From the NCBI GenBank assembly GCA_047495785.1, contig JBLDXI010000007.1, positions 992,001 to 1,056,000 on the forward strand: a stretch of DNA of 64,000 nt, read 5' to 3'. The notes beneath the pieces were generated by a model. That model had not been told where the DNA came from. It saw only the letters and a program-made list of their open reading frames with translations, and made no database searches. This stretch comes from Lepidodermella squamata. Its lineage: Eukaryota > Animalia > Gastrotricha. A program made the translations under genes and the position numbers. Below, in pieces: positions 49,901-62,022 of this stretch (position 1 is the first letter of the stretch; every line of letters begins with the position of its first letter).

Positions 49901-52493
49901 GCTTTCCTTAGCCTGAGCTGACCAGTGCAGTTGCATGTCTTCATCGCAATAAACATAGGTCGTGTCATTATCCTAAAACGAAAAAAAACAATTATCGAAA
50001 ATTTTTAAATTTAAATTAGGAAGTGGCTATTTACACCCACCTGGTGGGTGTCATAAGGTGACTATTTACACCCAGTGTTCTTAAGATGCTAAATACACCC
50101 TTTTCGGGTGTAAATAGCAAGATTAGCGCACCCACTGGGTGTAAATAGTCACCTTATGACACCCACCAGGTGGGTGCAGATAGCCTCGACCTTTAAATTA
50201 AAAAAATTAAATTAATTAAAAAAAGTGAAAAAAATTCATAAAATCTGAAAATAATGAAAACGCAAGCCGACATTTGAGCAAAGGATATTTGCGCAAATTA
50301 GGCTCATTAGCCTTAAAAATAAAATTCAATAAATTTTGAAATCGAATATTACGACATTTGAGCAAACTACAAAATTTAAATTAAACTGCTCATTTGCTCA
50401 CATGTCTTTGCTCAAATGTCGCACAATCCTTTCAAATTGGCGTTTTCGAATTTTTCAATTTTGAAATGAATTTTATTATTTATTTTGAAAAATGGATTTT
50501 CCCTCGCACTCATTGACCTTACCTGGACGCATCGCGGAATTCGTTGATCCAACAAGGCTTTGTTCGGGTTCATTTCGATTTCATTGCGCGGGAATTCGCG
50601 GAAAATTCCAAAGTGATTGAACGCGAAATGCTTGACAATATTCGGTACGACAAGTTGCGCCTCAAAATCATCCGGCGTCATCGTAGTGCCGAAGCCCTGT
50701 GCCCCGCAAAATCCGACCTGAATAGTATTCATCGTCGCTCGAACAGGCGGCGAGTCAGGCTCTACATGGACATTAGACTTGACCAAATATTCGGCCGTGT
50801 TCATTTTCTCATCAGTCCTAACAGCGTTGGCTAGGCTTGGGTCCCAATGACGGGGTAGAACTATGCGGACACTTCGGAAAACCGCTCGCTGTTCAGTTGA
50901 TTTGTACAGCAAATCGCTAGCTTTAGTAAACGAATTTTTGATCTGCTGCAACAGGTAAGGGCTATTCGTGATATTTGGGTCAATGGCGACGCGGACATTT
51001 CGGTATTCATTATTGTCGAAGGTCATTCGCGTTGACGCAGCTTTGACCTTGGCGCAGCAAACAGCGTTTTTGTGGTACAAGGAACGGCACTCGCTCAATC
51101 CGGCTTGAACCAACCGGCCGCTGGGGCATTTCGTCGCGCTCACTGGGTCGGAACCACTGAACAGGTGGCAGACGCCCTGGCCCGAGGCGCAGTCGCCTAA
51201 ATTACTCTCCATAGTCGGTCGGCACAGGAAAAAAGCCGTAATTTTCGCCCAGCGGTCGTTGCAAGGCCAAGCGTTTTGCGCACCCTGGACTGTGGTACCA
51301 ATACGGATCCAGTCGGCACAGGTTCCAGCGTTGAAACGAGCGAGGTTAAGATCGGGATCGTTCCACAGCATCTCAGCAAAAGATCCAAAGGCCTCGGGAG
51401 TCTGAAGTACGAATAAAATTGGAATTTTAGATATTCTGAATTAATAATTATGAATTTATTAAGAATTTCAGATTCCTAAATACTGATACATAGCAGAAAA
51501 TATCTTAAAATTCCCCATTATCGGGTTTTAGAGCCAGTTCCCAATTTCTAGAAATCCGAAATTTAAAGTAAAATTTGAAAACTCAAAATTGAATTTTTTT
51601 AATTTCTAGCCCGATTTTTAGAATATTGGTAAAATGTTTACCATGTGGCCACCAATGTCGAAACGATCGAAAAATAGGCTGTTAATCCTCGACTGGACAG
51701 CCAATTGCAAATTAGCCAAAATGCGTTGATAAACCAAATCCGGCCTCGTCGTAGTGAAATCATTCAGCAAAAAGTAGGCAAAAGCGACATAACTCGCAGC
51801 CTGGCAATCGCCGCGCGGAACACAGGCGTCACGGAGTCGGTCATACCCAGGCAAGATGAATGGCAGAAAATTGATGACACGTTCCGGGGCCAAATCGTCG
51901 AGGTCGCTAAGCAACTTGTCGAGGCGTTGATAGGCCGTGGTGTAGCGCGGGCTGCAGCGAACCCCAGGTGATTGGGGTGTCTGCTCAACGCAACAGGTGG
52001 TTTGTTCGCGGTACTGATTAATGCCGCAGTTGTGATTGGCATCAGCCGAGGCGGCGTTCGAACAATAACGGGGCAATACACAAGCGCCATTTCGTTGACC
52101 TTGATCGGCTCCGAGAAGGGTGTTACCTTAAAATTCGAAAAATTTAAATTTTATTAAAATTTGAAACCTCTCCGATTTACCTTTGCATGCATCTCGTTTG
52201 ATGTAGCAGCATTGGGAACCTTCCGGGCATTTGAAAGGGTTGGTGTTGTTCAACGCTTGGGATTCGCCCAAATTCTGAAGACAAACCGACTTGTTTTCAC
52301 AGGTTCCAGCTTTTTGCGAGTTGGGGCTCGTGGTACCAACTGGTTTCCAGGCACATTCAGTTGTGCCGAGGTCGCTTGATTTCCATGGCTTGAACAAACT
52401 GCCTTCGTTGTAGTAGCAATCAGCTACAGACTGGCTGGCATCGACCAGGCACGTGGCGAGTGCTGAAACCAGCACTCCAATCACTATTTTCAT
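46924..52493 (-). CDS. CLCA-like protein with N-terminal Cys-rich repeats and GH19-like insert, 8 exons
   Basis: Signal peptide; NNEYRNVRVAIDP..FTKASDLLYKSTEQRAVFRSVRIVLPRHW (CLCA_N); HFCD..HN..HNRVC; vWA VLVLDSSGSM..T..LMTDGE; LVDDG..D..KNDGIYS; canonical GT-AG introns. Confidence 0.88.
50018..50192. mobile_element. Palindromic MITE within a CLCA-like gene intron
   Basis: ~55-bp near-perfect inverted arms GGCTATTTACACCCACCTGGTGGGTGTCATAAGGTGACTATTTACACCCAGTG. Confidence 0.75.
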
Positions 52494-52917
52494 TTCTCCG
52501 CAGGGAAAATTCTAAAAAACGAAAAAGCGACTGCCCTTAAATTCGACACTTCGACTGTTTTATATATACTTCTCCCTCCTTCCAAAGGCATCTGTCGCGC
52601 ATATTTCTGGCGTTATTGTGGGCCTCTACTGATAATGAGAGATAAGGCTCTTTAGGTGCTTTCCTTTTTTTATTGCAGGGGCAAGTTTTATGACATCTGG
52701 TATGTGGTGACCTCTTTCGAGATATTTCCGCTGTGTGGATTTTTTTTAGGTTTTATTGCCTGATATGGCCAGGGCGTGGCGGGAATATTATTTAATCAAT
52801 TCATCCAGGGAAAAATGGGTGTTTAGGTCGGAGAAATAGGTCAGAGAAATAGATCGGAGAACTTCAAGTCATTAAAGGCCTAAATATGAATATTACGACT
52901 TTGCAATCAAGAGTCAA

Positions 52918-52999
52918 GGTAGTGTGGCCGAGTGGTCTAAGGCGCTAGATTTAGGCTCTAGTCTCTTCGGAGGCGTGGGTTCGAACCCCACCGCTGCCA
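52918..52999 (+). tRNA. tRNA-Leu(UAG)
   Basis: 82-nt cloverleaf, one substitution versus the copy at 22884-22965; T5 terminator. Confidence 0.97.
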
Positions 53000-53068
53000 T
53001 CATTTTTCCCATTTAAATTCTTAGAAATTTCGCATTCAATATCAAGTGATTGGATTACTCTTCAGACA

Positions 53069-53140
53069 AGCAGAGTGGCGCAGTGGAAGCGCGCTGGGCC
53101 CATAACCCAGAGGTCTGTAGATCGAAACTACGCTCTGCTA
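53069..53140 (+). tRNA. tRNA-iMet(CAU)
   Basis: Identical to the copy at 22743-22814. Confidence 0.97.
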
Positions 53141-53208
53141 ACTGTCGATATATTTTTAACCAGAATTTCTATGTGAAAAAGGAATAACCAAATGACTTGA
53201 GTGTTCGC

Positions 53209-53228
53209 TTATGGCCCAACTGCTGAGT
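53209..53228 (+). promoter_or_regulatory. Candidate snRNA proximal sequence element
   Basis: TTATGGCCCAACTGCTGAGT at about -49..-30 of the U1-like start. Confidence 0.35.
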
Positions 53229-53257
53229 GGGGTCGATCGCGTGGACCTTTGGCCACT

Positions 53258-53417
53258 AAACTTACCTGGCACTGGGATGCACCGAGCTCAGCAAGTCGGT
53301 CGCCCCAGGGCGAGGCGGGCCATTGCACTGCGGTCCGCTGACCCCTGCGCTCTGCCTCATCGGTGGAGTCGGGTGCAAAATATTTCACTTGGGTACCGGC
53401 GTTCGCGCCACACCCGT
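53258..53417 (+). ncRNA. U1 snRNA-like gene (variant), copy 2
   Basis: Same U1 hallmarks as copy 1; two substitutions. Confidence 0.9.
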
Positions 53418-53643
53418 AAAATCGAAAACAATGAAACTGTTCCTTATTCATTGGGCTGAACAATCATCGAGTGATTTCACTATATTATGGTCCCAAACTT
53501 GTACCCTTTAATTCAACTGCTACTCATTGATGAAACTGATGAAGTAAATGAAATCGGAGGTACAAGCTACTGCGTAAATCTTGTCCGAACCGGAAAATTT
53601 TATTTTAAAACTTCAACAAGGAGATTAAAAGTAATCGAAATCA

Positions 53644-55017
53644 TCACTTGTTGCCGCAGATGGCAAGATCACTAAATTCGAGATATTTCAAAATCGAACT
53701 CGGCAATAATTCACCCAGTCCGTGCAATCGAAGTGCATCTTCCCGTGATTTCAGCCCAACGGGAAGGCAATTGACGATCGCTCGGCGGCAAATCGATTGC
53801 AAAGTGCGCGGGAAGGCCTTTCGTAACGGCTCAGTAATTCCACTGGTCAGCGATTCAGGAAACCCCGACAACGCATTATTCATCCTGCCGATATCAAATC
53901 GATTAAACATCCGAGCTTCGACGATAAATTTCATCAACACCTCAATCTGCGGCTTTACATTCACATTGTCCCGCAATAAATTGATTAACAAATTGAAAAA
54001 CGCAGCATCCTCTAATAAATCCGGCTCCAGCCGAGCGCCAAGACGAATAAGGGGTAGAACGCCGTTTTCAAGCGCCCGTTTGAACGCAAAGGTCTCCGGG
54101 GCGTATCGATACGCGATTCGAGACGCGTGGTAAAGCGACATTGCCAACGGCGAATATCGAGCCGTAAATCTATTCGTATTGCCTGGCTTCCCCAAATTAT
54201 TCACCGCATCGATTGGGGTGTTGGAAATGATAAGATTCGCAGCTTCCGGGCTTGAAACAGCTATTCGACTGACTTGATGTAGCGGAATGTTAAGGCCGGT
54301 ATCAATCGGCTCTGTCAAATCAGCGCCGAACTTGATCAAAAGGCGCAAAATTTCGGTAGCTTTCGCCGTTAACGGATTAACAGGCTGCTCCTCAAATTGC
54401 TGAAAATCGTGGATTGACAGCATTAGGGTGACTACAGTTAGTGGCTTGCTTAGATTAGTCCGATTAGGCGACGCGCCGAATTCAAGGAGAGCTTCAACGC
54501 CTTCGTCGAAGTAACTTTCAATGCAGCGATGCATTAAAGAGGCTAATAGGCAATTAGGTAAGTTGGTTTGCTTTCGTAAAATCGATCTCATCGTTTCGGC
54601 ATCTAACGACAGTCGAGCTATATGGAGGACCATCTCAATCTGAGGCAGAGGAATCGCATTGCCGTTTTTCACTTCTTCGTCGATTTGGCGTAGTAGGATC
54701 ATTTTAAGCCGATCACAGGCGTTTGTCATTGATTCATCTCGCCGCCATTCGATGAAGAGATGGAAGTCGTGGAGGTCAGAATCGACGAGTTCGAGCAAAT
54801 CGGCCGAACTCAGTGTTCGAGCAGTCCCAGGCCGGCCCGGCTGTTAATTAATCTCTGTTAATTCAAAGATTAAATTTCGGTTGGAAAATTTTACCTGAAT
54901 AAGGCAACGACTAGCGGTTTCTGACAATAATTGAGCCGTGCTGAGTAAATTATTCCGATAATTTGGCTCAGTTATCGGACATCGCCCATTGCACGCGAAA
55001 TTTGAGTGGAGTTCCAT
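53644..55017 (-). CDS. Ankyrin-like/SOCS-box protein, paralog D, 2 exons
   Basis: HSNFACNGRCPITEPNY, CAG|GTAAAA..AACAG intron, VDSDLHD, VEALLEFGASPN, ILRLLIKFGAD, FPRTLQSICRRAIVNCL..LLPSSILKYLEF. Confidence 0.88.
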
Positions 55018-56275
55018 CAACTTTCGAGTGAGAAATGATGGCAAAGTATGTTTCCAAACAAATTTAATTCTTCGCCTTACACGTTACGCTGTATGCACAG
55101 TCACAGCTTGGAGGTGTTGCGTAATTCATAGCCGGCGAAGTTTGGACTTGAGCAGCAAAAGGTGAGCATAAGGCATGATGTCTGAATTTATTCAAATAAA
55201 ATATGGGGATTGTTTTTTTGATCGGTTGATGCGTCATCAATATTACTGATCGAAATTAATGGACGTCTAGGAAGGCAATCGGCAAATTCAGTCCCTACAC
55301 GCGTCCTTGACTCGGACTTTAGGAGCCTAAGGCTCATTCGAAGCCCATTTAACTGTTATTAATCAGTCAATTTCGGCGAGAAAAATGGATTCAAGCCTTC
55401 TTATTATAATTTCCAACACCAGTGCGCATTTATTTTGCTGCATCAGGTGGTGCGGTACGGTGACAGCGAATGCGACAAAACAACAAAAACTTGCTATGTA
55501 GATGCATTGGTAAAGTTCCCCGAATCTGCAAAATAATCGTTCGCGATTTTGACGTTGTCGATATCGGAGACCCTAGCTCGCGGAGGGCCAATTATTCCCC
55601 AGTAGGCGCCTTGACCACCCAAATGCGTAATCCCAAAAGCTCATCACTGTTGCGCAACAGCTGCCGCAGAAAATCGAGCGACCCAATCATTCGTAATTAA
55701 TTATAATTTATTTAATTGCGAATTTGACGACTCAAGTGATACGTTTCAGTCGTGTAGCGTCAATATATTCCCGACGTTTTTTAAACCGGCTACTTTTGCG
55801 CATTCGACGTTTCCGCGCAGATTTAAATTATAGAAAATATATTTATCTTAATTATTCATTTAACAGTGGCGCAGTTGATGGAGCAATAACGCCTTACGGG
55901 GCAATAATGCCGCGCAAATTTCGAATATGTCGCAAATTAAAAATATATTGTTAACTGAAATGTCATGCGGAAGCGTCGGTTGGAAAATGTTGATGAATAT
56001 ATAATTTTCGATAATGAATTCACGGAAAGAAAATGTCGGTAAAATAAGTAGCGGGTTTGCGCAACCGTCGGTAAGATAAGGCCGGGAGACCGTTTCAGTT
56101 TCGTAGCGGCCCGAATGCAATCAAAAACCTTTTCATTCTAAATAAATAACACATGTTATATTGTTAGCACTGTTGAGAATGTCATAATTCAGCCTATCTA
56201 CTTATGCATAATGTATTATAATGTAAATGTTATTCGAATAATGCAGCATAAGATAGAGCGTTCAAATTCTGCTGT

Positions 56276-59200
56276 TTAAAGTTCCTCGGCACCTGGCAGG
56301 CGGACGCATACCATCGGTAGAGTGCTCGTGCATTCGAAAGTAACGGTTGAGTAGTCATCCATGCCTTGAAAACAAAATGCAAAAATTAAATGGCTGAAAG
56401 ATAATCCTTTTGCGAAATTATGGTATCAAAAGCGCATTATTGCGAATTTTAGGATGAGTCCCTCTCAGGAATCCCTCGATTCGTTTGGCTGCGTCAAACT
56501 CACTCGGGGTTGCAGATGGGGGGAAACTTTATTTCTCCATGGTAGCCATAAAGTATTCCCTTAATGCTTTAATGTAGAACCCACTCCACTTCTAGCCCTT
56601 GTAGATGGTAGAAAGCCCTTCATTGATGCTTAAATTTGGCAGCAGGTATGAATTGAAATGATAGAATTGCTGATAATAAACTATTTCAACTCATTTTATC
56701 CTGTGTAGGCCGGCGAATTCCGCGATGATAAAGATATGTCTCGGGTTAGGTATTTCAAAGAAACTTACAATGCATATCGTGCTGGTTTATAGACTGAAGT
56801 GCGACGCCAGTTCGATAGTCTTGCAATAGGCTAGGATAATCTCGTATTTTCGCATTCAGAAAGATGTTGCCCGCGGATGGATACGTGGCTGCTAGGGTCG
56901 ACATGGACGTCGAATCAGCGGCGATTGGAAGGATTTTAGACGCAGCCTTGCACATCGCATCCGCCTGCGTCCATGACGTGGCCGTGTTACTGCTCTGCAA
57001 GGTCACCGCGCCCTGAAAGCAAGCAAGTTGATCAGTCCGGTAGTCGATAATTTTACGACACTACCGAGATTGGATCTTCGCAGTAAATATTAGTCAGTGT
57101 GAATGTTGTACAGTGGACATCGTTGTAGCCGTAAGATAATGCCGAGTCGATGCGCAACGACACGCCTGAATTATAAACGGAAAGACGTACCAATCACATT
57201 TTGTATTTCCCCAGTTTCAAATATTTACCTAATCGTTTTCTAAAGAAATTTACTAATTAATCAATCAAGTCGCTATACCCGTAGTAGAGGTTTGCCATCA
57301 GGCATTTTGCCCTACAACGCATCGTTGACCCGAAATCAAAGAAATTCATGACAGAACCAGGATTTGGATCGAAATATCGATCTCACAGTCCATTTTTGGC
57401 AGTAAAGGTGTTAGCTAAATCGCAGAAGTTCGGCACGAAAGACCTACTTCTCCTGGCTGATCCATTACTATACAGTTCACGACACGAGTTGGCTTCTCGA
57501 TGAGCGCGCTAATCGCTATGCCTAGCGAGGATGACTTGGGTCTTGCGTTTGAAAAAAAACAGTGTGTGGAGTCTAGATTCTATTTGTGCCCTTGATTTTG
57601 CGATCCCCGGAGGGCAACTTACATGCTCCTTCGCTTTTCGGTTCGCCGGGGAACCAGCTGACTGGCTTCAAGCCCCAATCAAGTATTTGGCCATCATCGA
57701 ACATGAACGACCCTACATCTGCACCCCAGAAACCTGCATTTCCAGCAAAAGCGGCGGTTTGGTCATCATACGACGCCGGTTGGCCACCGTTGGCCTGGCA
57801 TGCTCGTAATGCGTCCATGTAAGTCATTGCGCCGCCCGGTGCAAAGAACAGCCGCGCTGTATAGCAAAATTGCATGTTTTTGCAAGTAATATGCCATATG
57901 CCATGATAAGTCAAGTTCGCCAAATTACCATTCTCGCAAGCTGAACCAGTGTAGCTGATGCTGCACGTGCAGACGTTTGTATCGAAACATGAGCCGCCGT
58001 TTTGACATGGTGGGTTGCAGGTTGCTGTTATGAAAATAGGTCGATTAGTCGATTAGTTTTCTACGTGGTTAGATCACCTGAAGGACGCTCGCACAGAGCT
58101 TTCAATGGTGTCGTGCAAGCAACAGCGTAAATCGAGCCATCCGGGGCAATAGCGCCGCCTGCAAGATTGATTTTCACGGAAAACTCAATGTTTGACTTTC
58201 TCGTTTCGCAACTTACATGACTTTGTGTCGCTGAAGATTTTCGGTCCTCCGATTCCATCTGGCAAAGCTTCGTTACTGCCGTATGGTTTTCTGTTCAGCC
58301 AAGCGTAGTACGGTGCTGTTCGATCGCGCTTAAATCCAGCCCACATCGTCATATTTTCCTCGATTTTAAATTGCAGTAGATTATTGACTCGCGTGTATTC
58401 GGGTTGTTTCTTCATACTGAGTATGATCATTCCCTTGGCCTCGCAAAAGGCCTTGGCGCCGTTGAAGTCATTGTTTTGCTTGAATAGACGTACTTTGCGC
58501 TGCAGATCCAAAAAATTGACAGTGTTTATATCAGTGAATTATCGTTTGATATTCGCAAATGAATAATTAATTACTTGAATAGTGCTAACTCCTTAATTAA
58601 CAATATAATTGTATTATTACTAGCAAATAGCGCGACAGTCGTGGTCGTTTACACAACAATGCTGTCCGACCAGCTGGCTGCTCAAAATTTTCGCGATAAG
58701 CTGGTGGGAAAACCCGGATAATAAGCGGTTGGAAGATACCTCGGTTATTGAGGGCTTTTAAGTATCAAGGGTTCTAGGTATATATACAAGAAGCGCTCTC
58801 CAGAATTCACCTACCGTAGCTGCATCTTGGCACATTATGTAGCTTAGGGTATCAGTGCAAGGGCGCATTTGGAATTGAATGTTATAAGGAGAGATAGAGG
58901 GACCTGTATTAGGGAAATTGCGTAGAATATACATCGCTTCAACGCTTGACTCTCGACTCACAGTCGCCATCTCCTTCAGGCACGTTCAGTTGCCCTGATG
59001 GATACAAAGGCAGTCCGGACATTATCGAGTTGTCGAAGGCGTTTAGGAACTTGGCAGTCAGCCCGATGTAGCACGATGCGTTAGCGCAAACAGTTTTCGC
59101 TGCCGCTAGATCGCCGGCTGTCATCGGTTGCGCCAGCCGGCCGCCATTATTGTAGCAGTAAACAGCCGCACCCGAGTAGATGGTCTCTGCAGCTACCATG

Positions 59201-60810
59201 AAATACTTCGCTACAAAGCATCAAATGAGTTATTGCGGCTATTTTGAACAAGAAGCGCTAATAAAACCTGTTTCACAAAGATTGCCGCTGAAACCTTCTG
59301 GACAGTCGCATTGTGTCGCCGATGATCCGCATTTGCCACCGTTTTGGCATGCCAAGTTGCAAACAACTGTTGAAGCTTGAATCAAACAATACGATCATTA
59401 GGGAAGGTCATTTCGCTAAAATTGGTTGCCATAGTCACATTCCCTCTATTTTTAGGATTTTTTCTTCAAGCTTCCATTGAAAGTAGGACGGATGAAAAGC
59501 ATTAGCGTTTACCATTCATGCACGCCGCGTGGTTATCGGCAAATTTCGTTGAATTCGCGTAGATGATACCCTGATTAGATGACATTTAAATTAACAATTT
59601 TGGCTTAAAATAATTTGCTCACCTCAGTCGAACCTGGCGGACAAGTGTTATAACATCTTTTGCCGTTCGGCGTATCGCATTGTACAGCGTACTGAAACGA
59701 GAAAAAGTAATTTTGTGGTTGAATCAGACTCGAGCTTACCCATGACAAGCAGTTCGCTTTGTTTCGGTAGACACCAGTCGAAAATTCACTGGTTTCATTG
59801 GCACCGCAGCCAATGCTGTTCAACTTGCAACCAATGAACTCACGTGTTACAGCATTGAAACAGCGAATGTGGGGCATAATCGAATCAGCATCTCCACCTT
59901 CAATGAAAGATTAATAACATGTGTTGATGATGAAAAATATTCAAGAAGGGCAATTTTGTTGAAACATTGACAGCGATGAGTGCTCTATGAATAAAATTTC
60001 AAAGCAATCAAGATTAATTTTCATGAAATCAATATGACTGTTGGTCTCCCAACGATTGAGATGGATGAGTCAGAACTTTGAAAAGCTAAGTAAGTACTCA
60101 GTACTCAGAGATTCTTGCAAGAATCCCACTTTAAGTCAAGAAACGTTATGCAATATGCTGTAAAATACAGAAAATACGCCAAATCCCACTTTTCACTTGT
60201 TACCGCGATAATATTCAATCGCAGACATTTGCAAAATATAATAACGAAGTAGTTATAAAAACTCACTGCTAGAACTGCGAAGGCAGGCGTCCAAGCTCGG
60301 GTATTCCGTAGATTTTGTCTAAATTACATCATCATTTGATAAGCAGATTGAAAGATATGTTGCATTGACTGTTGAGCGCTCTTTAAAGTAAACTTTCGTG
60401 GCAAGAACTGCGTTGAAGTGCTAGGAGTGACTTTTGGTTACAATGGGGTATGAGTATACTTGAAATCAATTTCGCGCATAGAGTACACTATAAACCATTT
60501 AAATCAACTATATCGCAGGCCTAACGTTGAAAGGTTACTTTGAACGACAGTCAACTTTCAATGCAACAACAGGTAGCTTTAATGTTTATTACCCCACTGG
60601 TACACGAAAAGTTCTTCGGCACGCAGGTGACCAACTTTTGAGCAGCATCAATGCAAGCGCTGAACTTTTGGTTCTGCGAAAAAAATGTACAGCTTATAAT
60701 CCCTGCAGACAATTTCATCACAATGCTCACAGGAAAAGATTTGAAGTCTGTAGCACAGGCTGCTAGATTTGTTCTAAATGGAATCGCTCCATTATATGGA
60801 CCAGCAACCT
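56276..60810 (-). CDS. Multi-exon EGF + C-type-lectin-like domain protein (5' end unresolved, may extend to ~61.9 kb)
   Basis: EGF exons CNLACQNGGKC..CDCPEGFSGNLCE and CNPPCQNGGSC..CTCSISYTGSACE; CTLD-like exons (YSGAAVYCYNNGGRLA, FNGAKAFCEAKG..MWAGF, YMDALRACQANGG..WFPGEP, WTQADAMC); stop at 56276. Confidence 0.7.
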
Positions 60811-62022
60811 GGAAAAATGAGAAAAGACTACAGGAATGATGCAAGATGTTAATATGGATTGCAGGAACAAAATGTCTAATTACCTGTGATTGATTTTAAA
60901 CAGGTTTTTGCTACCAGTGTAAAGTACGCTCGATCAATGAACGTCCATGCAAATTACGATTGGTGCTCAACAAAGCCGAACGTGCTTCACCCTTACCTTA
61001 GCGTACAATTCCAAGGTAAAATCGAAGGGCAGAGTGTCTAACAATGCCGGGACAAATTAAAATTATACGGCTTCGGTCTTTTGCTAGCAATTAACTTTTG
61101 GCGCCATTTAAGCGTTTTTCCATTTTTGCCAATTTTATGAAAATTTTTATTATCATTCCAAGGGTTCCAAGGGTTCCAAGTTAGTAGGTTTTGTTTGAGG
61201 TTGTATGTTCTATGTTGGTTGTATCCATGCGTGTCTTGCTACTTGAGCAAAAAAAATTGCTGAAAAAGTTGTTCCGTGGCTCGAATCTTGATCAAACCTT
61301 AAATCAAATTTCAATAAAATGCTGCACTTCGAATTAATTGATATCACTATAATTAATGCCACATGCCACATATCCTATATTAAAAGTCCGTTTGCATTCC
61401 GCACGGATGTGGGGTAGGAAAATGATTTCCGGGTTCAGTCTTGGGTCTTGGTAATTATCCTCAATTTCCTAAATAATCCGAGGCATTTTTTGAAGGCTGT
61501 GAATTTAGGTAATTTATAGGTACACCTCAGAGAGACGGCATAATCACGAATAGGCCATCATACCAATATAATACAAAAATATTACTATATTTCCGAATTG
61601 AAAAGCATTTAAATAACCATGATTTCGTTTGTTTTGCCGCATCCAGGAATGCCAGGCCGGCACGTTGCTGCGTAAGAGGCGAATCGGTAACACAATCGCG
61701 CGGTCTGTTGAGAAGAGATTTTTCCTTCAATTTTCACAAAAATACTAGCTAAATCGGGAACACGTACCGCTCTCATACAAGACAATTGATCTGAGGAAGA
61801 GCTTCCAAGCTGAAAAATATAACAGATTTTTATAGGCACGTGTCCCATAAGCGAAGTCGGATCCGGGAGCTGAGATGTTTTCTACTTGTTTTCACTTGTT
61901 TTCACTTAATTACCAGCCGAAGAAAACGAAGGGTCCCCCTGTGGTTTTTTCAGCCTTCATCTGGTTGGAGTCCTGAAGCTGGGGTGTCGCGCACCCTGCC
62001 CATAAGTAATGCAGTAGAGAAT

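Noticed and set aside
22400-53480. Giant transposon with the RNA cassettes as true TIRs
   Set aside because: No TSD, fuzzy outer boundaries and diverged spacers; kept only as a rearrangement hypothesis
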